54,320 bases of DNA from a virus. The notes beneath the pieces were generated by a model. That model saw only the letters and a program-made list of their open reading frames with translations. It did not search any database and was not told where the DNA came from. Below, one piece after another: positions 7,441 to 16,186 of this stretch. The translations under genes were made by a program, and so were the position numbers. The stretch covers positions 1 to 54,320 of the IMG/VR virus record IMGVR_UViG_3300031673_000059; one strand, given 5' to 3'. The first letter of the stretch is position 1; each line of letters starts with the position of its first letter.

Positions 7441-7633
7441 TAACTTCGCCGAACTGCACGATCGTTCTGGTTGTTTCGATGACCTGCCAGGATGATGCTG
7501 CAGGAAGAGATAGAACCTGTCCATTCACCGCGTCGAGTGCATCAGACTCCGTGTCGTAGTGGCCGCCTGAGCAGAGCATGTTGCCTCGCTCGCTAAAAAG
7601 CAGAAGCTCAAATCGCTTACGCGGATTAGACAA
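7358..7633 (-). CDS. hypothetical small protein
   Basis: ORF track, 91 aa. The first ~65 aa look protein-like. The tail overlaps the convergent gene 6910..7440 and looks like read-on. Confidence 0.4.
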   Translation of the reverse strand: MSNPRKRFELLLFSERGNMLCSGGHYDTESDALDAVNGQVLSLPAASSWQVIETTRTIVQFGEVTIRRPGAPVRSNLGRWSPGESLRGRSR

Positions 7634-7644
7634 GGGTCACGCTC

Positions 7645-8076
7645 TCAGATGTCAGCTAATCGATCGAGGATGGTGGTCGTCTTGGCGATTGGTCTTGGAA
7701 CAGAGTCGGATACGAATAACGGTGAATCGAAGTTAACGGTCATGCCGCCCTCAGGCATTCGGCCGAAGGCCTCGGCCCGCCTGATCACTTGCTGGAGGTC
7801 CCACGCTATCTTGCCCCCTTTCGTAGGGCAACCAGAGATTCCGTGGGAGTGATTGGGGTGGGTGAGCTCGGGAAAGCACAGCTGCCGGGCCTTGTAGAGC
7901 GCATCTTCGCAGGACTTAGAAGCAGCACTGTCAGACAGCTTGTTCCAGAACTGCTCTTGAATGATGTTGAACTGGCCGATGTGAACCCGCGCGAATAGGT
8001 CGAGCGCCGTGACGACCAGCCTGGCCTGCTCCGGCGTCATTGTGACTTGGACGAAGAAGTTCTCGTTTCCGCTCAT
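7645..8076 (-). CDS. hypothetical protein; C-terminal TILDRLADI
   Basis: ORF track, 143 aa. The ATG is 5 nt downstream of GGTATAAA. Confidence 0.7.
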   Translation of the reverse strand: MSGNENFFVQVTMTPEQARLVVTALDLFARVHIGQFNIIQEQFWNKLSDSAASKSCEDALYKARQLCFPELTHPNHSHGISGCPTKGGKIAWDLQQVIRRAEAFGRMPEGGMTVNFDSPLFVSDSVPRPIAKTTTILDRLADI

Positions 8077-8081
8077 GGCGT

Positions 8082-8089
8082 TTTATACC
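8082..8089 (-). promoter_or_regulatory. GGTATAAA, 5 nt, ATG 8076
   Basis: Plus strand reads cat ggcgt tttatacc. It forms a divergent pair with 8112..8119. Confidence 0.55.
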
Positions 8090-8111
8090 GGACTGAACCC
8101 TCGCTTGTCCG

Positions 8112-8119
8112 GGTAGAAG
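8112..8119 (+). promoter_or_regulatory. GGTAGAAG, 6 nt, ATG 8126
   Basis: gggtagaag aatccc atg. Confidence 0.5.
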
Positions 8120-8125
8120 AATCCC

Positions 8126-8890
8126 ATGAGCAGCGAACAAGACAGACTCCGAGATCAAGACGCTCTGCTCGGCAAGAGACCTCACTCCCTGGAACGAGCA
8201 TTCGTTCACAGGACCCGAGGAAAGACTTTCAGGCACCCACGACCGAGCGACTCGGGTCGAGTTCAGCCGGATTTGGTCGAGGAGTTTGGCAAGCTCACCG
8301 GCATCGATTCAACTGATGCTCCAAGCGCGAAATCGCTTAAGGGAGCATTCGAGGCACTACCACCCAAGGCCCAGAAGGCCGCACTCAACCATCTCAGATC
8401 GAAGACGCAGAACTTCGAGGCGCTCTACGCCACGATGCTGGGGCTTCCTAGTCGGATTCGGTCTTTCGTCAAGAAGATTTGGAAGCGGCAAGACAAGTGG
8501 GGTGACTCGTGGGAGAAGGTCGCGTCCGAGATGGCCGCCGGGGCCGCGAAGATCCTGTCTCAGAGAATAGACGTCACCGTCTACACTCCGTTCGCGGTCA
8601 CCAGTGGTGAGGTCGATCGGGATGACCCACGGCTGGAAAGAATGGCTACCGCACAGGCGGAGTGTGATGCACTGCTTTGCCTGTTTGCCCACTACTTCAT
8701 CATCGGCGTTACCGGCCACATCGCTATGCACTGCATGTCCTATCGGATTGATGACCCGGCGACCGCTGGGGTAGTCGATGTGGCTGACTACGGATCGTTT
8801 GACGCCAGCGCCCGGCGGCATCGGCAGCTGAAGGTGTTGGAAGCGGCCAAGAAATACGGGTGGGAAATACCAGAGCGGAGTGACAAGTGA
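8126..8890 (+). CDS. hypothetical protein
   Basis: ORF track, 254 aa. The start is supported by the promoter motif. Confidence 0.65.
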   Translation: MSSEQDRLRDQDALLGKRPHSLERAFVHRTRGKTFRHPRPSDSGRVQPDLVEEFGKLTGIDSTDAPSAKSLKGAFEALPPKAQKAALNHLRSKTQNFEALYATMLGLPSRIRSFVKKIWKRQDKWGDSWEKVASEMAAGAAKILSQRIDVTVYTPFAVTSGEVDRDDPRLERMATAQAECDALLCLFAHYFIIGVTGHIAMHCMSYRIDDPATAGVVDVADYGSFDASARRHRQLKVLEAAKKYGWEIPERSDK

Positions 8891-9414
8891 CGGGCTCAGA
8901 CAAGAACGCGATTATCCTCAGCGCCACTAGGGACGGAGGAATGGTCCAGCTCAACTTGGACGACATGAAGGGCAAGGTCGCTGACCAGATGCGAGCCTTC
9001 CTTCTCAACATGCTTCCTGCTGAGGCCTTCAACGGTGTGATCGAGCAGGCCTTCAAGAGGCTAACCGAGCCCAGGCCTCCGAAGAATGACCGGTACGGTA
9101 AGCCCCAAGGATCGGAGCAGCCGTCCGAGCTCGAAGAGATGGTCATCATCGAGATGCGAAAACAACTCGCGACGAAGGTCGAGGAGTGGGGTAAGAGGTG
9201 GAAGGAGACATCGGCCGCCGACCGAGCCAGGGACCAGGCCATGTCGGATCTGGTCGACCGAGCGGCTTCTGGGTTCGTAACCCGGGTCGCGTCTCAGATC
9301 GTCCAGGACTCCTTGGCGAACCTGGCCACCTCGGCGAACACCACAGTGTGTCAGTGCGGCCGGGTAGTATCCCGGTTGAGGTCCTGTCCTGATTGCGGCG
9401 TCTACAATGACTGA
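8887..9414 (+). CDS. hypothetical protein with C-terminal zinc ribbon (CQCG..CPDCG)
   Basis: ORF track, 175 aa. GTGA overlap with the upstream gene. Confidence 0.65.
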   Translation: MTGSDKNAIILSATRDGGMVQLNLDDMKGKVADQMRAFLLNMLPAEAFNGVIEQAFKRLTEPRPPKNDRYGKPQGSEQPSELEEMVIIEMRKQLATKVEEWGKRWKETSAADRARDQAMSDLVDRAASGFVTRVASQIVQDSLANLATSANTTVCQCGRVVSRLRSCPDCGVYND

Positions 9415-9426
9415 GGGTGATGGTTC

Positions 9427-9891
9427 ATGGCCAAGAAGCGGCGAAAGCAGAAAGCGGCGGCCGATATGCTGTCGGTGATCACCGAGGAGACCCATCAGGT
9501 CGAGACCCCGGCCGAGACCCCGGCGAAGGAGGACACGGGGCCCCCCTCCTTGGGGCTCTGTGGTGTATGCCAGAAGGAGCGAAAGCAGGAGATCGCTTTC
9601 TACGACTGTGATGAGCACTGGGAGCTACCCGGGCATCCCGATCACATCTTTCGGAGCGTCTGTGTCAGCTGCGCTGGTGACTACGCGGAACGAGGGAAGT
9701 GTGCCGAGCTCGTTTACGCGGCCATGCGGGAAGCCTTCGCAAAGAAGGGCATGGGCGTCCACGAGATCGAATCGGCCGTCCATGTGATGTGGAGAACCTT
9801 CTGGGTCGATCTCGACGACGCGGCCCTGATCAAGATGGCCAGGAAACTCAAGGTCAACCACCCTTGGACCAAGGGGAAGAAAACCAAGTAG
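9427..9891 (+). CDS. hypothetical Cys-rich protein
   Basis: ORF track, 154 aa, with a basic N-terminus and CGVC..CDEH..CVSC. Confidence 0.65.
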   Translation: MAKKRRKQKAAADMLSVITEETHQVETPAETPAKEDTGPPSLGLCGVCQKERKQEIAFYDCDEHWELPGHPDHIFRSVCVSCAGDYAERGKCAELVYAAMREAFAKKGMGVHEIESAVHVMWRTFWVDLDDAALIKMARKLKVNHPWTKGKKTK

Positions 9892-9958
9892 GGCTAATAC
9901 CTCCCGATAGCTCAGGTCGCCCGTTAATCTACGTAAGTAGGTGCAACGGAGGCCGCCG

Positions 9959-10771
9959 ATGAGGGTTCGAGAGCTTCTAATCCCACTAGTGATGCTGGGA
10001 ACGCCGGCTTTCGGACAATGCCGAGGGGCGGACGTCTCTCCTATCGAGTCGACCACTCCACCGCCCGAACCACCTAGAGCCCCAGACATCATCGAGTCTG
10101 TTATCCAGCCGACGATGACGATGACCACGAACGTGGCATTCGTGGTTGATACGTCTGGGTCTATGGACAATGATGGCCGGGTTGGCATGGCGCTTACTTT
10201 CGCCAGAGGGTTGATTGAGCGACCGACCGATCAGCTGATGATCGCTCTCCTGTCCTTCAAAGATTCACACATGAGGTGGCCCGGACTCACTGCCCAGGAG
10301 CGCGAGGCGGCTCGCATCGCCGGAACACTCCAGGCGGCCAGCTCGACTCCTCCTCCGAAGGGTTGGACCTACTTTCCAGGAGTCCCAGAGCTCGCGAGTG
10401 CTCAGGCATGGCTCACTGCGCGTGGGGCGAGCGGTGGCACAAACCCAGTCAGCGCGATCGCCGAGATCTTGTCCGAGAGCGTTAGAGATCTCACCGTCGT
10501 CCTGATCACTGATGGTGAGGACTTCGATGTTCCAGCCTTCAGATTGGCCGTGACCGCAGGCCAGGCAAGCAGAGTTCAGCGCGGTGTTGGTCGTGCGGTT
10601 ATTTTCGTTATCGGCACAGGAGGGGCCGCCGCGAATAAGCAGCATCTGCGTGATGTAGGAACGTCAGAGGGCGGCGGCCTCCACGTCATTCGTAGACCCG
10701 CCCCTCCGCCTCCACCCCAGAGGGCGCCGCAGATACCTGACCTAGATATGCCCTGGTCGCGTGACGACTAG
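9959..10771 (+). CDS. secreted von Willebrand factor A (vWA) domain protein
   Basis: The MIDAS motif is VVDTSGSM, with a later GGTN...VVLITDGEDF. The N-terminus MRVRELLIPLVMLGTPAFG looks like a signal peptide. The start is moved to ATG 9959 (GGAGG 7 nt upstream). The tail is proline-rich. Confidence 0.8.
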   Translation: MRVRELLIPLVMLGTPAFGQCRGADVSPIESTTPPPEPPRAPDIIESVIQPTMTMTTNVAFVVDTSGSMDNDGRVGMALTFARGLIERPTDQLMIALLSFKDSHMRWPGLTAQEREAARIAGTLQAASSTPPPKGWTYFPGVPELASAQAWLTARGASGGTNPVSAIAEILSESVRDLTVVLITDGEDFDVPAFRLAVTAGQASRVQRGVGRAVIFVIGTGGAAANKQHLRDVGTSEGGGLHVIRRPAPPPPPQRAPQIPDLDMPWSRDD

Positions 10772-11025
10772 ATCCACTGAACCTTGGCGCGGCGCGAGCT
10801 GCGCTTCGAGATCAGGTCGTCGAGTACCGTGGTCTGGTCGAACACGAGATCGACCTTGAAACCTAGTGCCCTTGCGACGATGGCCACGTCCTTGAGGCGC
10901 ATCTCCTCATCACCTCGAAGAATTCCTCTGACCTTCCTCCTGTCCATGCCAAGGATCTTGGCAAGCTCTGCAGGCTTCATCTCACGCTGCTCTAACTCCT
11001 CGCGGAGCTTGGCGTTACCCGTCAT
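10768..11025 (-). CDS. XRE-family helix-turn-helix regulator
   Basis: MKPAELAKILGMDRRKVRGILRGDEEMRLKDVAIVARALG. The start is ATG 11025 (GAGGTG upstream). The C-terminal region contains TVLDDLI. Confidence 0.75.
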   Translation of the reverse strand: MTGNAKLREELEQREMKPAELAKILGMDRRKVRGILRGDEEMRLKDVAIVARALGFKVDLVFDQTTVLDDLISKRSSRRAKVQWI

Positions 11026-11087
11026 GAGGCACCTCACTGTTCGATGAGCTGCTCTCATCCTATCGGAAGGGGCGACCTCAGGCGGCG

Positions 11088-11095
11088 GTATAATC
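11088..11095 (+). promoter_or_regulatory. GGTATAAT -10 element upstream of recQ
   Basis: A perfect TATAAT at 11090-11095, followed by GGGAG and then ATG 11114. Confidence 0.5.
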
Positions 11096-11113
11096 ACTCA
11101 TCCGGGAGTGTTC

Positions 11114-12922
11114 ATGTCTGAAGATATCGCTCGACGCATCGAAACCGTCGAGAGCCTGCTCGGGTTCAATCTGCGCAGCTACCAGAACCAGGCGCTGACC
11201 GCCATCGGTCAAGGAAAGAACGTGATCTTGCACGTTCCGACCGGCGGCGGAAAGACGGTTGCGTTTCAAGGCGCTCCCTACGTGTCCCCCCATGATGGGA
11301 TCACGGTGATCCTCTATCCGCTGAGGGCTCTGGTGAAGGATCAGACTCGTCGCTTCAAGGAGATCGGTCTACCGTCCGTGACGCTATATGGGGAGACTCC
11401 TCCTAAAGACCGTCCGGCTATCTATGAGAGGATCGCCAACGGTAGCGCCAAGATCCTCCTTACGACTCCCGAGTCGTTCGACATGAATCGCCGCCTCCAG
11501 GCGGTACTCACTGAGCGAGGCGTGTCAGTCCTTACGGTTGATGAGGCCCATGCCTACGAGGAGTGGGCCGACGGCTTCAGACCGACATACCGGCGGGCCG
11601 GGCACGTCGCCCAGCGTGTAGGTGTGAAGCAGTTCCTCCTCTGCTCGGCGACCCTGACATCCAAGGGGTTCAAGACGGCTAGGGAGACCATCGGCCAGGA
11701 CAACTGGACCATCGTTCAGGTCCCGCCCATCAGGTCCAATCTCGTATACCGAGATCTGAGTGAGCCCAGCAGTGAGATCCTCTGTCGCGCCGTTCGCGGG
11801 GATGGTCTGGAAGCTCCTGGGATCGTCTTCTTCACGACGGTCAAGTGCCTGAACGAGACAGCCGACTTCATCGAACGGAAGACCAGGCGAAAGGTCCTTC
11901 GCTACAACGGTGGTATGACCGGCAAGGACCGCAGGGAGGCCCAGGATACTTTCATGTCCGGCGACCACTGGATCTTCGCTACCAAAGCGTTCGGCATGGG
12001 CATCGACAAGGACAACATCAGAAACATCATCCACTTCCAGCTACCCAATTCGATTCTCTCATACGCCCAAGAATGCGGAAGATCGGGTCGAGACGGCCAC
12101 GAGTCGACCTGTTTTCTGACCCAGAGCGAGGACGGCAACGCGGCCCAGTTCCTGATCAGCATGAGCGTCCCATCGATCAATCAGGTGCGCAGGGTCTGGA
12201 ACCTCCTTCAGACCCACTCCCTGAACTACGCCGACTGGTTTGATGTTGACTGGCCTGAGATCGCCAGCAGGGCGGATTTCTCGATCCAGCTGGTCCAGGC
12301 CTGTGTGAGCTGGCTGTTTACCGGAAAGATGATCGAGAAGAAGCAGAAGAGGCTCAACTGGAAGTTCACGATTCACGCTGATTCCGATGAGAAGGCCATC
12401 AAGTACAAGAGAAAGACGCCAGAAATCCTCGACATGCTGCGCGCGGAAGCGATGGTCGAGCAGGGACCTTCAACCTTCGAGCTGCGGCCTGAGTTACTGT
12501 CCGACAGTGTGGGCCAGGTGTTCGTCGGCTGGAGGGCGAAGCTTCGGAAGATGGTCGAGCTCGGGATCATCGAGATCGATGAGCCTCCTAAGGCGAAGTC
12601 TCAGTATCGATTCCTCCACAGGAGTTTTCACTTTGCCCAGGGCGAGGAGCAGCTGACTAAGTCTCGCTCAAGGGCGTTCGATCGTCTGGACGACATGCGA
12701 CGGCTGCAGGCCGCCCCTCCTCATCAACGGCGAAATCTCATGGAGGCGGCCATCTCTCTCAAGCTCGGCAACATCGATGGGCTTGAGATCATGGACGGTC
12801 AATACGATGAGCCGGTCGCGCCATCCAAGCCAGCCCAGAAGAAGAAGAAGAGCGAATCCACCGACCCGTTCAAGTTCGATGGGGACGGCGATGACGACGA
12901 CCCGTTCGTCATTCCCTTCTAG
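11114..12922 (+). CDS. recQ: RecQ-family DEAH-box DNA helicase
   Basis: Motifs are HVPTGGGKT, TVDEAHAYEEW, ATKAFGMGIDKDNIRNIIHFQLP and QECGRSGRDG. The start could be ATG 11114 or GTG 11108. Confidence 0.9.
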   Translation: MSEDIARRIETVESLLGFNLRSYQNQALTAIGQGKNVILHVPTGGGKTVAFQGAPYVSPHDGITVILYPLRALVKDQTRRFKEIGLPSVTLYGETPPKDRPAIYERIANGSAKILLTTPESFDMNRRLQAVLTERGVSVLTVDEAHAYEEWADGFRPTYRRAGHVAQRVGVKQFLLCSATLTSKGFKTARETIGQDNWTIVQVPPIRSNLVYRDLSEPSSEILCRAVRGDGLEAPGIVFFTTVKCLNETADFIERKTRRKVLRYNGGMTGKDRREAQDTFMSGDHWIFATKAFGMGIDKDNIRNIIHFQLPNSILSYAQECGRSGRDGHESTCFLTQSEDGNAAQFLISMSVPSINQVRRVWNLLQTHSLNYADWFDVDWPEIASRADFSIQLVQACVSWLFTGKMIEKKQKRLNWKFTIHADSDEKAIKYKRKTPEILDMLRAEAMVEQGPSTFELRPELLSDSVGQVFVGWRAKLRKMVELGIIEIDEPPKAKSQYRFLHRSFHFAQGEEQLTKSRSRAFDRLDDMRRLQAAPPHQRRNLMEAAISLKLGNIDGLEIMDGQYDEPVAPSKPAQKKKKSESTDPFKFDGDGDDDDPFVIPF

Positions 12923-12932
12923 GCGTACATAG

Positions 12933-12966
12933 CAAGACGGCCGCGACCTGCGCCGCAGCCGTCTTG
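12933..12966. terminator. hairpin (9-bp stem caagacggc/gccgtcttg) after recQ
   Basis: Read directly from the sequence. It lies between convergent genes. Confidence 0.4.
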
Positions 12967-12969
12967 CGT

Positions 12970-12997
12970 GGACAACTAGGACTGCTCCTAGTTGTCC
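12970..12997. terminator. bidirectional terminator hairpin (perfect 11-bp stem, 6-nt loop)
   Basis: ggacaactagg actgct cctagttgtcc. It overlaps the stop codon of the convergent gene 12988..13554. Confidence 0.6.
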
Positions 12998-13554
12998 GCC
13001 GACACGACGTCCGTAGACGCCGTTGCGGTCGCAGCCTCGCTGCCTGCGTAGTAGCGAAGCCCCCTACGCTGACCCTCGGTTCGGATGTCACCGTTCTCCC
13101 GGGCAGAGTTCAGGATCCGACGGATCGTGCCCTGCGGAAGCTTGGTGTGGCCCTCGATGTCGGTCATGTTGCAGCCCTCGTTCTTCCGAACGAAGCCAAT
13201 GATCAGGTCAGGCCTGACCGGCTTTCGCTTGGTCGACTTCGCGACCGCTGGATTGGCCTTGCTGACCTTCTCCTGCCGCGTGGACTGCTTCTTGGTGACC
13301 TTCGGCTTCGAGGTCTTCTTGGTGACCTTCTTGGTGACCTTCGGCTTCGAGGCCTTCTTGGCGGCCGTCTTCTTCTTCTTGGCGGCCGTCTTCTTGGCGG
13401 CCTTCTGAGTGGTCACCCTGGGGGCTACCGCCTCCCCTAGCGCTACCGTCGTGGCCTTGTGGGCCACCCAGGTGTCGCCGACCCTGAAAGGCTTCACGCC
13501 CTGCGCCATCGCTGGCGTGATCGTGAAAACGACCGGTCCGCTCTGATTAGTCAT
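12988..13554 (-). CDS. lysine-rich histone H1-like / winged-helix DNA-binding protein
   Basis: The central region is KKAAKKTAAKKKKTAAKKASKPKVTKKVTKKTSKPKVTKK, encoded by tandem DNA repeats at about 13290-13400. The C-terminal wH-like segment is IIGFVRKNEGCNMTDIEGHTKLPQGTIRRILNSAREN. GGAGG precedes the ATG. Confidence 0.8.
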   Translation of the reverse strand: MTNQSGPVVFTITPAMAQGVKPFRVGDTWVAHKATTVALGEAVAPRVTTQKAAKKTAAKKKKTAAKKASKPKVTKKVTKKTSKPKVTKKQSTRQEKVSKANPAVAKSTKRKPVRPDLIIGFVRKNEGCNMTDIEGHTKLPQGTIRRILNSARENGDIRTEGQRRGLRYYAGSEAATATASTDVVSADN

Positions 13555-13825
13555 GAGAACACTTTCCTCCGTGTTGGATGGTGGTAACGATTACGGGACA
13601 GTTCAGTGTGGTCGGTGTAGGCGTATGGCGTGTCGTCCGATCAACATCGGATCCGCCTTTTGACTGAGTATTAACTGCCGTCACCGATGGTGACTCTACA
13701 CATCTGTTCCATGTCTCGCCACTAATACGGAAACGATTTCTCTCCGCAGCGCAGATTCCATCGGTCCTACAGGCGGCGGCCGATGATCGATGTGTATAAG
13801 TAGTTGCCATGGTGACAGGTTCGGG

Positions 13826-14347
13826 CTAACCCCGGCTGGACCTCTTTCGGGTCGGCCGGGCTACCGCCCTCTTCTTCTTCTTCTTCTTCTTCGTCTTGAC
13901 CTTCATCTGCCGGGTCCGCGCGTAGCTGATCTTCTTCTTGCTCTGCCGAAGTTCCAGCACGTCGTTCAGCCGCTCCTCGATGAGTCGGGTCCACTCGTCT
14001 CCTCGTGACTGACTGTCCTTTGCGATGAGGAACTCAGTCCACAGCACTCGGGTCACATCTGAGAGCGGCTGCTCTCGACTCTTTGCGTAGTCCCGGAGCT
14101 TGTCGGCGACGATGACCGGAACGATCGCGCCCATCGACTGAACAGGTCTCGGGAAGAGCCTACCGAACGGGGCGAGCTCGACCTGCTTTTCACCTGCCTC
14201 GTGAACTTCGAGTTTGACCAAGACCGTGACGGTCCGCCCTCTCTTCTCCTCGGCCTTCTTGGCCCTGGAGATCGCGTTTCGGTTGTCGGCGAGTTCGCTC
14301 TGCGTGACTTCGATCGTCGTCGCATCGAGAGAGTAGTTCAGCTGCAT
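13826..14347 (-). CDS. hypothetical protein with poly-Lys tail
   Basis: ORF track, 173 aa. GGAGGGG precedes the ATG. Confidence 0.65.
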   Translation of the reverse strand: MQLNYSLDATTIEVTQSELADNRNAISRAKKAEEKRGRTVTVLVKLEVHEAGEKQVELAPFGRLFPRPVQSMGAIVPVIVADKLRDYAKSREQPLSDVTRVLWTEFLIAKDSQSRGDEWTRLIEERLNDVLELRQSKKKISYARTRQMKVKTKKKKKKKRAVARPTRKRSSRG

Positions 14348-14393
14348 GGCCCCTCCATCCGTTCATTTGTGGATTTCAGCCTGATTCGAGCCT

Positions 14394-14401
14394 TTTATAC
14401 C
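14394..14401 (-). promoter_or_regulatory. GGTATAAA motif, 46-nt leader to ATG 14347
   Basis: Plus strand reads tttatacc. Confidence 0.4.
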
Positions 14402-14554
14402 TGATTTCTCTTTCGACGATCGCCTCCGATGCCCTAAATAAGTGGAAGATTCTACATGTCATTAGCAGGTGATGACTCGGCCAAGTCCAAGTAACGTAAC
14501 GTCTTAAAGAAAATCTCAGGAAAGCTTGATCCTCACTCTCAGATCCGTATAACA

Positions 14555-14885
14555 GGGGCACTCAGCGGTTGTTGGGTGTTGCGGGTTGCTTTCGGGCGGC
14601 GCGCAGTCGAGACCTGGGACGGACATCGACTTCGGTTGATGGAGAGAAGGGTCGAGGGCGACGACTTGTGGTCGGAGGTCATACTCTGCTGCAGGAGACG
14701 GGCTCCTCAAGGGTGAGTCTCTTGAAGGCGGCGCCGAGTGGAGGCGACAACTAGCCGAACGGGTAATGCCGTCGGCGGGTGCAGCAGACCTTGTTTCCAG
14801 CCACTCTAGGGCGGGCAGAGCAGGGACGAAGACAACCGGCGGGACACGAAGAGGGCGGAGCAGGGAGACCTGTTCCGCCCTTCTT
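14555..14885 (+). ncRNA. candidate structured non-coding RNA or long structured 5' UTR (unclassified)
   Basis: Lies within a 636-nt gap that has only junk-like ORFs. There is a 7-bp helix capped by a UUCG tetraloop (14624-14641) and several other GC helices. It ends in the hairpin agggcgga/tccgccct (14852-14881) followed by tcttc. Confidence 0.25.
14852..14881 (+). terminator. terminator-like hairpin (8-bp stem, 14-nt loop)
   Basis: agggcgga ... tccgccct followed by tcttcac. The U-tract is weak. Confidence 0.35.
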
Positions 14886-14983
14886 CACATCCACCACGCT
14901 GACTCCGCTTTGCCTAACTCCCGTGAGTCTGATAGCATCATGATCTATACTGATGCAGGGCTTATCAGTCTCAGGGGTGATCG

Positions 14984-16183
14984 ATGTCTGGATTCGCGAC
15001 AGCGGGTACTGGTTCAGAGGGTGTTCTAAACGCCGTTTCGCACTCTGGAATCGACCACACGGGTATTCTCGGGGTCGGATCCGGAGGTGGCGACGCGTTT
15101 CCCATCGGGTGCATGGTCCCCTTTGGGGCCCTTGTCTCCGCCATTCCAGCCGGGTGGCTGGCCTGTGACGGGTCGGAGTATGGGCGTACAGGCGGAGACC
15201 CGAGCCCACAGCCCACGCTGTTTGGAATCATCGGCACCGCCTGGGGCATCGGTGACGGGTCCACTACCTTCAACGTCCCAGATCTCCGACACCGTGGTGT
15301 TGCCGGCATCAACGACGGAACACTACCTGCCGGCCCCGACGGTGGGTTCACCACTCGATCCCTTGGACAGCTCGCCGGCTCCGAGACCCACTCCCACACC
15401 GTCAACAACCACTCCCACACCATCTCGTCAGACGGAGCTCACACCCACACAGGCACTACTGATCCCAACGGTGTCAACATTATTGAGAGCTTGGCACCCA
15501 CTTACCCTGGTAACGACGGCATCAACTCGCGTCACACCCACACGTTCACCACCGGCGGCGCATCTCCTTCGACCCACTCTCACGGCTCGGTCACTGGACA
15601 ATCCAACCCGTCTACCAACGCGCAGCCTGGGTTCGGTCCGACCGCGTTCTGCCCGTTCATCATCAAGGCTGTAGCAGTTGGCGGTGGGGCTGGTGGTATC
15701 TCGAACCAGGTCAACGCAGGTCCTCTCCAGGGACCCCAGCCCACGATCAACTACATCGAAGGCCCCGGGATCTCGATCACGGCGGTGGAGAACATTCCTC
15801 AGAACCGCAACGACGTTACGATCAACGCCACTGGGGCGTTCGCGACACTTCCCTTCGGGTGCACCTTCGTCACTCCGAACAACTACGCAGTCGCCCACGG
15901 CGATGGTGCTCAGACTGAGATTGGATCTCTTACGGTGATCACTCAGACAGCATCACCGATTGCCGGCGGAACGGTCACACTGTCGTGGAACGTCTCTTTC
16001 TCCGGAGGAGATGCTCGCGTGTTCGTGAATGGGGTTGCCGCCGGCACACCGGTCACCCTCTCCACAGCTAACGGCGCTAGTGCGCAAGCGATTGCCGTCG
16101 CGGCCGGGGACAGGATCGCGGTCGAGTATCAGACCGGAACAGCGCCCGGACCTGCTCTCTTTGAGGTACACGTAGGCCCGTAG
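14984..16183 (+). CDS. phage tail-collar domain fibre protein (MdpB-like)
   Basis: The collar signature is GCMVPFGALVSAIPAGWLACDGSEY...LFGIIGTAWGIGDGSTTFNVPDLRHRGVAG. It is followed by HSHTVNNHSHTISSDGAHTHTG repeats. Confidence 0.85.
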   Translation: MSGFATAGTGSEGVLNAVSHSGIDHTGILGVGSGGGDAFPIGCMVPFGALVSAIPAGWLACDGSEYGRTGGDPSPQPTLFGIIGTAWGIGDGSTTFNVPDLRHRGVAGINDGTLPAGPDGGFTTRSLGQLAGSETHSHTVNNHSHTISSDGAHTHTGTTDPNGVNIIESLAPTYPGNDGINSRHTHTFTTGGASPSTHSHGSVTGQSNPSTNAQPGFGPTAFCPFIIKAVAVGGGAGGISNQVNAGPLQGPQPTINYIEGPGISITAVENIPQNRNDVTINATGAFATLPFGCTFVTPNNYAVAHGDGAQTEIGSLTVITQTASPIAGGTVTLSWNVSFSGGDARVFVNGVAAGTPVTLSTANGASAQAIAVAAGDRIAVEYQTGTAPGPALFEVHVGP

Positions 16184-16186
16184 GTC

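Noticed and set aside
13547-13810. Track ORF 13547..13810(-) in the gap upstream of the H1-like gene
   Set aside because: It has odd T/S/C/R-rich composition and no SD or promoter motif. It spans what looks like the regulatory region of gene 12988..13554.
14554-14896. tmRNA-like impression (GGGGCAC... near the 5' end, ...CCACCA at 14891-14896, short ORF ending AAPSGGDN*)
   Set aside because: There is no acceptor-stem complementarity between the ends and no T-arm (GGTTCGAATCC-like) sequence. The putative tag does not end in the usual hydrophobic/Ala-Ala residues.
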